DNA of 63,579 nucleotides, filler included, from Chiloscyllium plagiosum (Eukaryota), in the NCBI RefSeq assembly GCF_004010195.1. It is 3 parts of one record of this genome, joined end to end, with 100 filler letters (N's around TTAATTAATTAA, not from the genome) between each part and the next. Parts side by side here need not be neighbours in the genome. Positions count along the whole stretch, not along the records: positions 1 to 28,319 come from NC_057714.1; positions 28,420 to 56,048 come from NC_057714.1; 1 more part is not named here. One strand, given 5' to 3'. Positions 24,346-37,560 of the stretch are shown here, in pieces. A program made the translations under genes and the position numbers. Positions within the stretch are counted from its first letter, which is position 1. Each line of letters starts with the position of its first letter. Under the pieces are notes generated by a model. It did no database searches. It was given only the letters and a program-made list of their open reading frames with translations, and had not been told where the DNA came from.

Positions 24346-24818
24346 TCATCAGGAAGAGCTTATCCTGATGAAGAGCTTCATCCTGATGACAAGCTTATGC
24401 TTGAAGCTTCGACTCTCCTGTTCCTCGGATGCTGCCTGATCGGTTGTGCTTTTCCAACACTGCAGAATCATGGAATTGCTTCCTGGTCAACGTGCAAGGT
24501 GGCCTTGTCTCCTCTGATATTGCCCCTATCTGAAAAATTTCCAGGTACACAATTTAATGAGGATTGCACTCAGGCAGCCATTTTGTAATTGAGAAACGTT
24601 GCGTCAAGCCAAATGAATCTTTCTACGCCAATTTTGCTCCATCGGGCTTGGGCCCGAGCCTGTGACTGCAGGCAGTGGGAAGTGAACCAGCTGCTTCTCA
24701 TCGGAGACCGGAACTGAGATCGGACCTTCCATCTGGAAAGGTTCACCGGTACAGGTCGTCAGTTTAGCCGAGGTCTTGCGCAAACTTAAGGGTTGGAGTC
24801 CAAAGTGGATTTTGTCAA

Positions 24819-26186
24819 AGTGTCGAGAGTGTGGAGCTGGAAAAGCACAGCAGGTCAGGAGAATCAACATTTCAGGCATAAGCCCTTCGTCAGGAATGAG
24901 GCTTGAGGGCCAGGGAGAGGTAGAGTGGGGCTGAGAGATAAATGGGAGGGGGTTGGGGCTGGGCAGGTGGTAGCTGAGAATGCGATANNNNNNNNNNNNN
25001 NNNNNNNNNNNNNNNNNNNNNNNNNNNNNNNNNNNNNNNNNNNNNNNNNNNNNNNNNNNNNNNNNNNNNNNNNNNNNNNNNNNNNNNNNNNNNNNNNNNN
25101 NNNNNNNNNNNNNNNNNNNNNNNNNNNNNNNNNNNNNNNNNNNNNNNNNNNNNNNNNNNNNNNNNNNNNNNNNNNNNNNNNNNNNNNNNNNNNNNNNNNN
25201 NNNNNNNNNNNNNNNNNNNNNNNNNNNNNNNNNNNNNNNNNNNNNNNNNNNNNNNNNNNNNNNNNNNNNNNNNNNNNNNNNNNNNNNNNNNNNNNNNNNN
25301 NNNNNNNNNNNNNNNNNNNNNNNNNNNNNNNNNNNNNNNNNNNNNNNNNNNNNNNNNNNNNNNNNNNNNNNNNNNNNNNNNNNNNNNNNNNNNNNNNCCC
25401 TGGTGGTGGAGTCTGTTTGTAGTTGGCAGAAATGTCGGATGATGATATGATGGAGATGGAGATTGGTGGGGTGGAAGGGGAGGACCAGGGGTGTTCTGTC
25501 TTTGTTGCGTTGGGAGGGGTGGGGTTCAAGGGTGGAGGTGCGGGAAGTGGAGGAGATGTGCTGGAGGGCGTCATTGACCACATAGGAGGGGAAATTGTGG
25601 TCTTTAAAGAAGGAGGCCTCTGGGATTTTCTGTGATGGAATTGGTCCTCCTGGGAACAGACACAACGGAGGTGGAGAAATTGGGAATAAGGGATGGCACT
25701 TTTACAGTAGGCAAAGTGGGAGGAGGTGTAGTCCAGGCAGCTGTGGGAGTAGGTGGGTTTGCAGTAGATATCTGTGGTTAGTCAGTCGCCGGAGATGGAG
25801 ATGAGAGGTCCAGGAAGGGGAGGGAGGTGTCCGAGATGGTCCAGGTGAATTTGAGGTCAGGGTGTTAGTGAAGCTGATGAACTGCTTAACCTCCTCAAGG
25901 GAGCATGATGTAGCACCGATACAGTCATTGATGTAGCGGAGGAAATGGTGGGGGATGGTGCTGGTGTAACTGCGGAAAATGGACTATTCCACGTACCCTA
26001 TGAAGAGGCAGGCATAGCTGGGGCCCATGTATGTGCCCATGGTTACCCCTTTGGTCTGGAGGAAGTGAGAGGTTTGGAAGGAGAATTTGTTGGGAGTGAG
26101 GAGCAGTTCAGCCAGGCGGATGAGGGTGTCTGTGGAAGGGTACTGGTTGGGACAGTATGAGGGCTTGGAGACCTTCGTCATGGCGG
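24819..26186 (-). mobile_element. Penelope-like element (RT through 3' tail) inserted in the Gypsy protease
   Basis: FLQTKGVTMGTYMGPSYACLF (PLE RT), FFKDHNFPS..DRTPLVLPFHP; tail hammerhead-like CTGACGA-A-GGGCTTATGCCT-GAAA at about 24860-24895. Confidence 0.85.
24988..25397. other. Assembly gap (410 N)
   Basis: Run of N inside the PLE. Confidence 0.98.
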
Positions 26187-26635
26187 AGACTGGTTCTGTA
26201 ATCACTGATACAGCCGTCCAGGGAATGACCTCCATTAGAACTGAGTGATTATGTAACCAGACATTTATTTTGATTAGATCTGATTTGGATGTTGCTAAGC
26301 AATTTTAATTGTTCCAAACTGGATGTCGGTGGACTTCCAGAGTGTGCACTGTCATGGCAACCGGCCTATGATGTTTCTTACTCAATTTAGTTTAAAGCGA
26401 CTCTTTTGCTGTTTCAAGTCCGCATTCGGGCAGCAATGGCAGTGGCTTGCCCGCCTGAATCCTGAAGGAAATTTTATCTGATTGGCCGAGGCTTGGCTTT
26501 GCTTTGGAGTTTTGCTGTGGGCAGACCTGGAGTCCCTCTGTTCAAGGTATGTCCTGATTGAGGCTCTGCAATTGCCTTCACTCAAGTGGTGTTCCCCAAA
26601 CTCAGTCAGACTGTGAGGGTGCCAACTTACAGCCG

Positions 26636-27336
26636 TAGAGAAATAGAGATGTGCGGCACAGAAAAAGACCCTTCAGTCTAACCCATCCATGCCAACCAGA
26701 TATCCTAAATTAATCTAGTCCCCTTCCCCCAGTTGGCCCATATCCGTCCAAACCCTTCCTATTCATATACCCATCCAGAAGCCTTTTAAATGTACCAGCT
26801 CCACCATTTCCTCTGGCAGCTCATTCCAGACACGCCCCACTCTCTGTGTGAAAAAGTTGCCCCTTAGGTCTCTTTTATATCTTTCCCCTCTCACCCTAAA
26901 CCTATGCCCTCTAGTTCTGGCCTCCCCCACCCCAGGGCTCTTAGAGTCATAGAGTCATAGAGATATACAGCACAGAAACAGACCCTTCGGTCCAGTGCTA
27001 CCCAGATATCCTAACCTATTCTTGTCCCATTTTCTAGCACTTGACACTTGACCCACATCTCTTCCTATTCATAGATCCATCCAGATGCTTTTTAAGACTC
27101 TATGACTCTACGACTCTAAATGCTGCAACTGTACCAGCCTCCACTACTTCCTCTGGCAGCTCATTACATAGACGCACCACCCTCTGCATGAAAAAGTTGC
27201 CCTTAGGTCTCTTTTATATCTTTCCCCTCTCACCCTAAACCGATTCCCTCTAGTTCTGGATGTCCCCATCCCATGAAAAAGACCTTGTCTGTTTATCCTA
27301 TCCACGCACCTCATGATTTTATAAACCTCGATAAGG
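26636..27336 (-). mobile_element. Two tandem CR1 3' ends
   Basis: Repeated cagacccttc..ttcctctggcagctcatt..aaagttgccccttagg blocks. Confidence 0.85.
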
Positions 27337-27339
27337 TTT

Positions 27340-28319
27340 TCTCAGCAGAGAGCGGCGCGAGCTGGGTGGAAGTGAGGTTGGAGCGCAGAGCTGGTCGGGA
27401 AGGTAAGTGATTGATATTTGAGTGGGTGTGTTCTATACCCCAGGCCCTACTATGTAGGGCCTCCCTCACATCCTCCTCCTCTAACCTAACTTTAAAGTTC
27501 ACAGGTAAGCTACTCAGTGTTCTTGTTTCGGAGACTAAGTGTAGAGTAATGGCAGCGCAGGCAGTGGAATGTTCCTCCTGCAGGATGTTTGAGGTAGTGG
27601 TGACACCGATACTCCTGCCGACTTCATCTGCAGGAAATGCAGTCAGATTCTGCTCCTCACAGAACGAGTTAGGGAACTGGAACTGGAGTTGGATGAACTG
27701 AGGATTATTCGAGAGGCTGAGAGGGTGATAGATAGAAGCTACAGGGACATAGCTACGCCAGAGAACAGACAACAGAGAACTGGGGAACAGTTAGAGGTGG
27801 GAAGGGGAGGATTCCCCTAAACAATAAGTATACCGCTTTGGATACTGGTGGGGGGCACAGCCTAGCAGGGGTAAGCTGCAGTGACCGGGTCTGTGGCGTG
27901 AGGTCCGGCTCTGAGGCTCAGAAGGGAAAGGGGGAGAGGAGGAGAGCGCTAGTTATAGGAGACTCTATAGTTAGAGGGACGGACAGGCGGTTCTGTGGAC
28001 ATGGGCGAGACTCACAGATGGTTTGTTGCCTCCCGGGTGCCAAGGTCCGAGACGCCTCGGACCGTGTCTTCAGAATCCGTAAGGGGGAGGGTGTGCAGCC
28101 AGAAGTCGTGGTGCACATTGGCACCAACGACATAGGTAGGAAGAGGGGTGGGGAGGTCATTCAAGAGCTCAAGGAGTTAGGCTGGAAGCTAAAAGCTAGG
28201 ACAGACAGAGACGTCATCTCTGGGTTGTTGTCGGTGCCACGTGACAGTGAGGCAAAGAAGAGGGAGAGAGTGCAGTTGAACACGTGGCTGCAAGGATGGT
28301 GTAGGAGGGAGGGCTTCAG
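27340..28319 (+). mobile_element. CR1 5' UTR and ORF1 (Cys-rich N-terminus + GDSL/SGNH esterase), truncated by gap
   Basis: MAAQAVECSSCRMFEV; ALVIGDSIVRGTDRRFC; VVVHIGTNDIG; frameshifted. Confidence 0.85.
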
Positions 28320-28419
28320 NNNNNNNNNNNNNNNNNNNNNNNNNNNNNNNNNNNNNNNNNNNNTTAATTAATTAANNNNNNNNNNNNNNNNNNNNNNNNN
28401 NNNNNNNNNNNNNNNNNNN
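28320..28419. other. Assembly gap with artificial linker (44N-TTAATTAATTAA-44N)
   Basis: Exactly 100 bp; identical structure at 56049-56148. Confidence 0.97.
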
Positions 28420-30125
28420 TTTTCCCCGGGTGCAACAGAGTTTTACAAGGGGACATAAATTTAAGGTGAAGGGTGGAAGGTATAGGGGAGATGTCAGGGG
28501 TGGGTTCTTTACCCAGAGAGTGGTGGGGGCATGGAATGCGCTGCCTGTGGGAGTGGTAGCGTCAGAATCTTTGGTGACCTTTAAGCGGCAATCGGATAGG
28601 TACATGGATGGGTGCTTAAGCTAGGACAAATGTTCGGCACAACATCGTGGGCCGAAGGGCCTGTTCTGTGCTGTATTGTTCTATGTTCTAAAGAAGAAAT
28701 TGCCGTGGCCCTGGCTGATATTTCTGCATCATTGTTAGCCATGGGTGAGGTCCCAGAAGACTGCAGGATAGCAAACGTTGTGTCATTATTCAAAGGCTGC
28801 AAAGAAAAGCCTGGGAAGTATAGCCCAGTAAGCTTAACATGTGTGGTAGGTAAATTACTTGAGAAGATTGAGAGATAAGATATACAAGTATATGGAAAGA
28901 CAGGGTTTCAGTACGTATAGTCAGCATGGCTTTGTGAATGGGAGATCGTGCCTCACAAATTTGTTAAGAGTTCTTAGATGAAGTGACCAGGAAGGTTGAC
29001 AAGGGCAGGGTGGTAGATATAGTCTACATGGATTTCAGTAAGGCCTTTGATAAGGTTCCACATGGTAGGCTGCTCTGGAAGGTTAGATAGCATGGAGTCC
29101 AGGGAAAGCTGGTAAATTGGAATCAAAATTGGTTTGATGATAGGAAACAGAGGGTAATAGTAGAAGGTTGCTTGTCAGAATGGAGGTCTGTGACTCGTGG
29201 AGTGCCTCAGGGACTAGTGCTGGCCCATTACTGTTTGTTATCGACATCAATTATTTGGATGAGAACATACAAGGCATAATTAGTAAGTTTGCTGATGACA
29301 CTGAAATCGGTGGTATCGTGGAGAGTGAGGAAGGCTATCAGAAATTGCAGCAGGACCTTGATCAGCTGGGGAAGTGGGCTGAGAAATGGTAAATGGAGTT
29401 TAATATAGATAAGTGTGAGGTCTTGTACTTTGGAAAGTCAAACCAAGGCAGGAGTTTCACGGTGAATGGTAGGCTTTAAGGAGTGTAGTAGAACAGAGGA
29501 TTCTTGGAGTTCAGGTTCACAGTTCTCTGAAAGTGGAGTCACTGGTGGACAGGGCAGTGAAGTTCTGTTGCAGTTATAAAGGACATTGGTGAGGCCACAC
29601 TTGGAGTATTGTGTTCAGTTTTGGTCACCTTGTTATAGGAAGGATGTTACTAAACTGAAAAGAGTGCCGAGGATGTTGTCTGGACTCAATGGTGCAAGTT
29701 ATAGGGAGCAGTTGGACAAACTAGGGTTTTATTCTTTCGAGCGGAAGAGGCTGAGGGTGGATTCTTATAGAAGTGAAGATGATCAAGAGAGGCATGGATA
29801 GGGTGAATGCACTTAGTCTTTTACACAGGGTTGGGGAATGGAAGACATCAGTTTAAGGTTAGAAGGGAAAGAATAAAAGGGAACCTGAGGGGCAGCATTT
29901 TTTACACAGAGGGTGGCACGCACATGGAATGAGCTGCCAGCAGAAGTGGTTGAGGTAGGTACATTAACAATATTTAAAAGGCATTTGCACAAATACATGG
30001 ATAGGAAAGGATTAGAAGGATATGGGCGAAGTGCAGGGAAATGGGGTTGGCATGGACAGACATTTTGATCAGCATGGATCAGTTTGAACTTTTTAAAAAG
30101 CCCATTTCCGTGTTGTAGGATTCTA
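28420..30125 (+). mobile_element. CR1 3' end plus a second CR1 RT fragment
   Basis: [49 protein letters not shown]. Confidence 0.9.
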
Positions 30126-30992
30126 CGACAACTTCTGCATACATCGCATCATCCTCCGCCACTTCCACCACCTACAAACGGACCCCACCACCAGAGATAT
30201 ATTTCCCTCCACACCACTACCAGCATTCTGGAGTGACCATTCCCACCGCGACTCCCTTGTCAAGTCCACACCCCACTCCTGGCACCTTTCGCTGCCATTG
30301 CAGGAAGTGTAAAACCTGTGCCCACACCACACCCTTCACCTTTGTCCAAGGCCCCAAAGAATCCGTCCACATCTGACAGAAATTTACCTGTACCTCTACC
30401 AATGTACTGTATCCATTGCACCCGATGTGGTCTCCTCTACACTGGGGAGACAGGACGCCTACTTGCAGATCGTTTCAGAGAACATCTCTGAGACACCTGC
30501 ACCAACCAACCCCACTGCCCCGTGGCTGAACACTTCAACTCTCCCCCTCCCACTCCGTCACGGATATGCAGTTCCTGAGCCTCCTCTACTGCCAAACCGT
30601 TACCACCTGACACCTGGAGGAAGAACGCCTCATATTCCACCTTGGGACCCTGCAACCACACGTGATAAATGTGGATTTCAACGGTTTCCTCATTTCCCCT
30701 CCCCCCACATTTTCCCAATCCCAAGCCTCCAACTCTGCACCACCCTGCTGACCTGTCCATCACCTTTCCCAACTATCCGTTCCACCCTCCTCTCTGACCT
30801 ATCACCTTCATCGACCTATTGCATTCTCAGCTCCCTTCCCCCCCTAACCCCATCCCCCTCCCATTTATGTCTCAGTCCCCCCAGCCCACAAGCCTCATTC
30901 CTGTTCAAGGGTTTATGCCTGAAACGTCGATACTCCTGCTCCTTGGATGCTGCCCGACTTGCTGTGCTTTTCCAGCACCAAACTCTCAACTC
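30126..30992 (+). mobile_element. Penelope-like element GIY-YIG + 3' tail
   Basis: C.RCGLLYTGETGRLLADRFREHL..PVAEHFN; decayed hammerhead motif at about 30897-30932. Confidence 0.85.
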
Positions 30993-31484
30993 CATCCTTA
31001 AACAGTCAGTGCTGATTTGAATTTATTGTTCATTAATTCTAGATCGGCCCCAGAGGAAAAAGACAGTTGTGAATCTGTGGAATTCTTTACCACACAGGAC
31101 TGTCAAAGCTGGATCATTAACTATATTTAATGCTGAAACAGACAAATTTCTAACCATTAAGGAAATCAAGATTTTTGGGGGTGGCGAGGCATGAAAGTGA
31201 AGTTGAGGATTATCAGATCAAACATGATCGCTTGAATGGCAGAGCAAGCAGACTTGATGGAAAATGAAAGCAAAGAGCTACTTGTGGTCCCACACTTTAT
31301 GGTCTTACATCCATCCTGTCAAAACCATTTGTGATCAGATATACTTCAGTCAAGTCATCACATCCAAACCCCCTCTTCTAAACACCAATGAAAACAAGCC
31401 TAACCTGTCCAACCGAACCTCAAAACATTTCTCATAAGTTCATCGCTTGTACCAATCTGTAAACATTCTCTGAATCACTTCAAA

Positions 31485-32230
31485 TAGAGTCAGAGATGTA
31501 CAGCACAGAAACAGACCCTTCGGTCCAACCTGTCCATGCTGACAGATATCCCAACCCAATCTAGTCCTACCTGCCAGCACCTGGCCCATATCCCTCCAAA
31601 CCTTTCCTATTCATATACTCATTCAAATGCCTCTTAAATGTTGTAATTGTACCAGCCTCCACCACTTCCTCTGGCAACTCATTCCATATCCGTACCACCC
31701 TCTGAGTGAAAACGTTGCCCTTGAGGTCTCTTTTATATCTTTCCCCTTTCACCCTAAACCTATGCCCTCTAGTTCTGGCCTCCCCCACCCCAGGGAAAAG
31801 ACTTTATCTATTTATCCTATCCATGCCCCTCATGATTTTATAGACCTCTAATTGGGTGGCACGGTGGCACAGTGGTTAGCACTGCTGCCTCACAGCGCCA
31901 GAGACCCGGGTTCAATTCCCGCCTCAGGCAACTGACTGTGTGGAGTTTGCACGTTCTCCCAGTGTCTGCGGGGTTTCCTCCGGGTGCTCCGGTTTCCTCC
32001 CACAGTCCAAAGATGTGCAGGTCAGGTGAATTGGCCATGCTAAATTGCCCGTAGTGTTAGGTAAAGGGTAAATGGAGGAATATGGGTGGGTTGCGCTTCG
32101 GCGGGTCGGTGTGGACTTGTTGGGCCGAAGGGCCTGTTTCCACACTGTAATGTAATCTAATGCAATCTAATCTAATCTGTCACCCCTCAGCCTCCGACCC
32201 TCCAGGGAAAACAGCCCTAGCCTATTCAAC
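31485..32230 (-). mobile_element. CR1 3' fragment interrupted by HE1 SINE
   Basis: GEARTRGHRFRVKG..NVFTQRVVRIWNELPEEVV. Confidence 0.85.
31853..32177 (+). mobile_element. HE1-type V-SINE (near full length)
   Basis: Complete tRNA head, V-domain, CR1-derived tail and (taatc)n. Confidence 0.92.
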
Positions 32231-33680
32231 CTTTGAATGTTCAAGATGTGGTCAGAAGCATAACATTGTTAGCTTTATGTTTAATTTTCCTTATAATAAA
32301 AGGGGATAATCCTATTTTCTTTCTTGATTATGAGCTGTACCTGCACACTAACAGTTTGTGACTCATACACAAGAATACCTAATCCTCCCGCACATCAGAA
32401 CTTCACAGCCATTCTGTTTAAATAAGTTTTTTTCCATTCTTCTTGCCGAAGTGAACAATTTCACATTTTCCCACATATATTCCATCTGCAAGATTTTTGC
32501 CCACTCATTCAACCTATTTATACCCATCTGCAACTTCCTTATCTGTCCTTCATGCATACCTCCCTATCCATCTCTGTGTTATCTGCAAATTTAGCCACCG
32601 TGCCTTAATTCCCCGCGTCTAAGTCATTGATGTGAATTATAGAAGGGTTGAAGCCTCGGCACTGCAGGATTCCACTTATCACTTCCTGCCAATCAGACAA
32701 AGATTCCCTAATCTCTCTGTTTTCTGCCAATCAGCCAATCTTACATCCATGCTCATGCTCAGTGTGGGCTTCATTTTCTGAAATATCCTGATGTGGCACC
32801 TTCACAAATGCCTTATGGAAATCCAAGTATAGCCTATATACAGGATCCACTTTATCGACAGCACATGTTACTCCTTTAAAGAACTCCAACAAATTGGTTA
32901 AACTTGAGCTTCCTTTGATTAAACTATGCCAATTCTTCACAATTACTCTGCGTTCTTCTAAGTGCTCAGGTATAACTTCTTTCATGATCAGGCCTAACAC
33001 CACCTCCACAGAGGCATCAAGATAACTGGCTCATCGTTTCTTGTTTTCTGCTTCCTTCCTTCTTGAACAGAGGGGCCAAATTTGATACTTTCTACTCTGA
33101 TGGAACCTTCCCTGAACCTTAAAAATTAACACCAACCTATCTGCTACCTGATTAGCAACTTCTACCTGGACCCAGCGACCTGTCAGCCTGTAGTTCCTGC
33201 TTAATACTACATCCCTTATGATTGTAAGATGTTGCCAGGAATGAAAGGTTTGATTTATAAAGAAAGGCTGAGACGGTTTTCACTGGAGCGTAGGAGGTTG
33301 ACAGGCAACCTGATAGAAGTTTATAAAATAAAAAATGAGAGGTATAGAGAGAGTTAATGGTAGTTGTCTTTTCCCTAGACTGGGGGATTTGAAGACTAGG
33401 AGGCACATTTTTAAGGTGAGAGAAGAGCGATTTAAAAAAAGAGATGAGGTAAATGTTTTACACAGAGGGTGGTTCATGTGCAGAATGAACTTCCTGAGGA
33501 AGTGGTGGATGTGGGTACAATCACACACTTAAAAGTCATTTGGATAAGTACATCAATAGGAAAGGTTTGGAGGGATATGGGCCAGGAGCAGGTAGGTGGG
33601 ATTAGTTTAGTTGAGATTATCTTCAGCATGGACTGGTTGGACCGAAGAGTATGTTTTTGTGCTGTCTTGCTATGACTCTT
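32230..33680. mobile_element. Old minus-strand CR1 RT remnant plus a plus-strand CR1 3' end (33225-33678)
   Basis: LTNLLEFF..YLDFHKAF.KVPH; MRGIERV..LFPR..NELPEEVV. Confidence 0.75.
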
Positions 33681-34316
33681 GCTTCCACCTCTGAATTTAC
33701 AGCTATCACTGGTAATGTTTTTTTCTATCCTCTATAGTGGACACTGAAGCAAAATATGTGTTCATTTTATCTGCCATTTCCTTATTATCGACTTCTGACC
33801 CACCAGCTCACTCTCCAGAGGGCCAACTCTAATATTTCCCTCCTAATTAATCTTTTAGTCATACCATGCCATTGTTTATATTCTTACCAATCATTCACAC
33901 CCAGCTTTGCAGTTATTTATTTTTTCCTTATGTTTGATGTGATCTTTTAGCACAGATTTTGAGTCCTCCCTTTTAGAATTTTTCCTTGTTGCACAAAAAC
34001 ATTTATTCTGCGTTTTCTGAAATATTCTCTTAATGTCTCTGGGTCATTTGTCTAGCCTAATACACCAGTTCACTTCAGTCAGCTCAACTTTCGTGTCCAC
34101 GTAGTTGTCCTTCTTAAAGTTTAAAGTACTAGTTTTAAACTAGGTCTTCTCCCAAACATGTTAAAATCAATCACATTGTGATCAATGCCACCTACAGGCT
34201 TCTTCATTCGGAGGTCAATAATTAATCCTGACAAGGTGGTGTCAGTGTCAGACTGGGATGGACAAGATCAGAAGAAACGCGACACCAGGTTATAGTCCAA
34301 CAGGTTTACTTGAAAT

Positions 34317-34354
34317 CGCACAAGCTTTCGGAGTGCAGCCCTTTCATCAGGTAC
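34317..34354 (-). ncRNA. Minimal hammerhead ribozyme motif (fourth PLE subfamily)
   Basis: GUAC|CUGAUGA|A|AGGG-CUGCA-CUCC|GAAA|GC|UU^|GUGC: intact core, 4-bp stem I, palindromic AAGCUU stem III; stem II has one mismatch. Confidence 0.6.
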
Positions 34355-36049
34355 AGCAAGAGAGGACACAGAGTTTATAGGCAGAGAGATCAAGGGCATA
34401 GAGATCAAAAATATCATGCAATTGGTGTGAGTGGAGTGTCAGATAATAAGTTTCTGCAGGTGACCAAGAGTGTTAGACAGTGTGTAAAGTGTTTACAAAG
34501 TCAATGTCAGTGTTGTGCTGTCATGACAATCGGGCAGAGTGATAGGACTATACCATCGGTGGCATCTCAGGTCAGACACTGAATTGTAGGTGTGAGGCCT
34601 TGTTCAGAATCAGTCACTTCCAAAACATGCTGCTCTAAAATAACTCTCTCAAAATCATTTTATAAACTGCTTATTGAGGCTACTGTTGCTGACCTCATTT
34701 TTCTGGCTTATGCATAGATTAAAAATCACCCATGATTATTGTCACCCCTTTATTACAAGCACCCAATATCCAGATACCTGCCAGATCAAGTCAAATGGGA
34801 ATGTCAGTTACAGCCTGTTAACACTTACTAACACTGATTAAATCAGTCATTGCTGAACGTCCCACCTCTAAAGTAGAAGCCAGCAAGGGAAGAAGATCTG
34901 TCATTTGCTTCCCAAAATCCCCCACCTCAATGTAAATTTCATCACTTTCTCTTCCTCTGTCAGACATATTAGATACTGTCAGTGGACAGAATCCGAACAA
35001 CTGAGGTATTTTATACTAAGCTGTGGTTGAGACAAATGTTTTCTAAGTTTATTCTGCTGACTCAGCAGCGATAGGCCAACTGCTCAGCAATGTCCCAGTT
35101 ATAAGCACACAGTGAAAGGAATGCTGCAGTAGGGGAGTGAGCTGTAGTGCAGTGCATACGGAGATTAGATTCAGGCAAAAGAGAGAATGAATGGGCAACA
35201 ACACAATGAAGGAAGCTTGCAGTGAATGAAGCTGAATAAATGAAGAGGCTGAATCAGCCAAGTGAACTATCATTGTGGTCTGGCTCTTATCCAACTCATT
35301 TTCCTATTACAATACTCTGCCCTAGAGTATGTGCTGATATAGCCTGAGCAAAAAAAAATTACAATCAACTTCCCTGGACATTGCTGCATTGGCTGATGTC
35401 AGCCAGAAGTTGCTACAGTTTGTTTCTGCACTAGGAGGAGAAAAGACTTAACAGGCAAAGATTGTTATCCAGTGTCCTTGTTTTTGCAACATGAGGTATT
35501 GACCACCCAAAGTTAAGCAATGACGTAACAGTACTCACTGTCTGGTAGACCTGTCAATCCCTATCCAGCAGGAGACAGCACTTTTGATGAAAGAAGGGCG
35601 AACTCTTTTCTCATTAGAAATTAACTATATACATATACAAACATACTGATACAGGAGATTGACTCTTTGTTCATGTTAGAGCAGGCTTATTCCACTGGAC
35701 ATATGTCCAAGCCTACACTTTTGCTCTTTCCCAGAATATTTTGGTTCTTGCAATGAACTCCTCCTCTTTAGATCTACAAAATGCATTCCAAACTCAAATA
35801 AAACATCAGCAGGAGGCCATTCAGCCTGTTCAAACTTTTTAGAAGAGCTTAGTCTCATTCCACCTTGCTCTTTTCCCTGTAGCCGTCTTTTCTTTTTATT
35901 ATGATTATTTATCCAATTCCCTTTTGAGTTATCTTTCAATTTGCTTTCACTAACCTTGCCAGCAGTGCATTCCAGATCACAATAACCTTCCAAGAAAAGA
36001 AATTCTCCTCATTTCAGTTTTTTATTTTGAAATTGTGTTCCCTGGTTAT

Positions 36050-37560
36050 AGGGCCATACAGATGGACAACATGGAACAGACCCTTCAGCCCACCTATCAT
36101 GCCAACCAGAAACCTAAATTAATCTAGTCCCATTTGCCAGCATTTGGTCCATATCCCTCTAAACCCTTCCTATTCATATATCCATCCAGATGCCTTTTAA
36201 ATGTTGCAATTGTACCAGCCTCCCTCACTTCCTCTGGCAGCTCATTCCATACATGCAGCACCCTCTGCATGAAAACGTTGGCCCTTAAGTCCCTTTTATA
36301 TCTTTTCCCACTCACCTTAAACCAAAGCCCTCTAGTTTTGGACTCCGTTACCTTGGGAAAAAGGCCTCAGCCTTCATCCTATCCATGCCCATCATGATTA
36401 TTACAAACATCTGTACATTCACCCCTCAACCTCCAATGCTCCTGGGATAATTGTCCCAGCCTATTCAGCCTCTCCCTATATCTCAAACCCTCCAACACCC
36501 CGTAACATTCTTGTCAATCTTTTCTGAACCCTTTCAAGTTTAACAACATTGTTCCTATAGCAGACAGACCAGAACTGAAAGCAGCACTCCAAAAGTGGCC
36601 TAACCAACGTCCTGTACAGCCACAACATGACCTCCCAATACCTACACTCAATGTACTGACCTTGAAAGTGAAGAGTACTAAACACCTTCTTAAACTCTAA
36701 ATTAAACTCTATCTGCCACTCCTCAGCCCATCTGATCGAGGTCCCGCCCTACTGACATAACTTTCTTCACTGTCCACGCCACCATTTTTGGTGTCATGTG
36801 CAAACTTACTAACCATTCCTCATATCTTCACATCCAAATTATTTATACAAATGATTAAAAGCAGCAGACCCAGCACCGATCCTTGCAGCACACCACTGGT
36901 CACAAGCCTCCAGGTCCAAAAATGAACCTTTTCCTCCAACCCCGCTCTGTTTCCAACTTTCGAGACAATTTTGTATCCTAATGGCCGGCTCTCCCTGGAT
37001 TCTATGTGATCTAATCTTGCTAACCAGTTGTTCATGCAGAACCTTGCTGAACACCTTGCTGAAGAGTAAGGGAGGTGGTTTGGACTGTGTTGGCTTGTTT
37101 AAGTCTAGAGGTAATACAGATATGTACAAGGAAAGTTTTCAGCAGCAAATGAGCTGAAGCAAGAACAGAGAGAAGTGATGTTGTGAAGATAGAAGCAAGT
37201 ATGACAGGTGTTTATAAGGCCATTTCAGAGACAAATACAAGATGATCTGATGATTAGATAGGGCAGACAGCGAAAGTCTTTTTTCTAGGAGGATGACGTC
37301 AGCTTGTACGAGGGGACATTACTACAAACTGAGGGGTGATAAGATTTAAGACAGTTGTCATAGGCAGGTTCTTTACGCAGCGAGTGGTAAGGGTGTGGAA
37401 TGCCCTACCCGTTAATGTAGTCAACTCAGCCGCATTAGGGAGATTTAAACAATCCTTAGATAAGCACATGGATGATTTTGGGATAATGTAGGGGGACGAG
37501 CTCAGAATAGTTCATCGAGGGCCGAAGGGCCTGTTCTGCGCTGTATTGTTCTATGTTCTA
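36050..37560. mobile_element. CR1 fragments (minus 36050-37065; plus 3' end 37243-37560)
   Basis: TSGVLQGSVLG; LYRTLVRPLLE; NVFMQRVLHVWNELPEEV. Confidence 0.85.

Larger units (their letters stand above)
23272..26630 (-). mobile_element. Degenerate Gypsy LTR retrotransposon (gag knuckle, protease, LTR) fragmented by nested insertions
   Basis: Protease region MEV..TAVSVITEPV|FDKIHFGLQPLSLRKTSAKLTTCTGEP..GSGPSPM..NW rejoins in frame after removing 24819-26186; the LTR piece 23272-23950 matches the LTR at 57148-57370. Confidence 0.7.

Noticed and set aside
27838..28319. GDSL/SGNH esterase as a host or horizontally acquired gene
   Set aside because: It is the known esterase domain of CR1 ORF1, in a frameshifted TE context.
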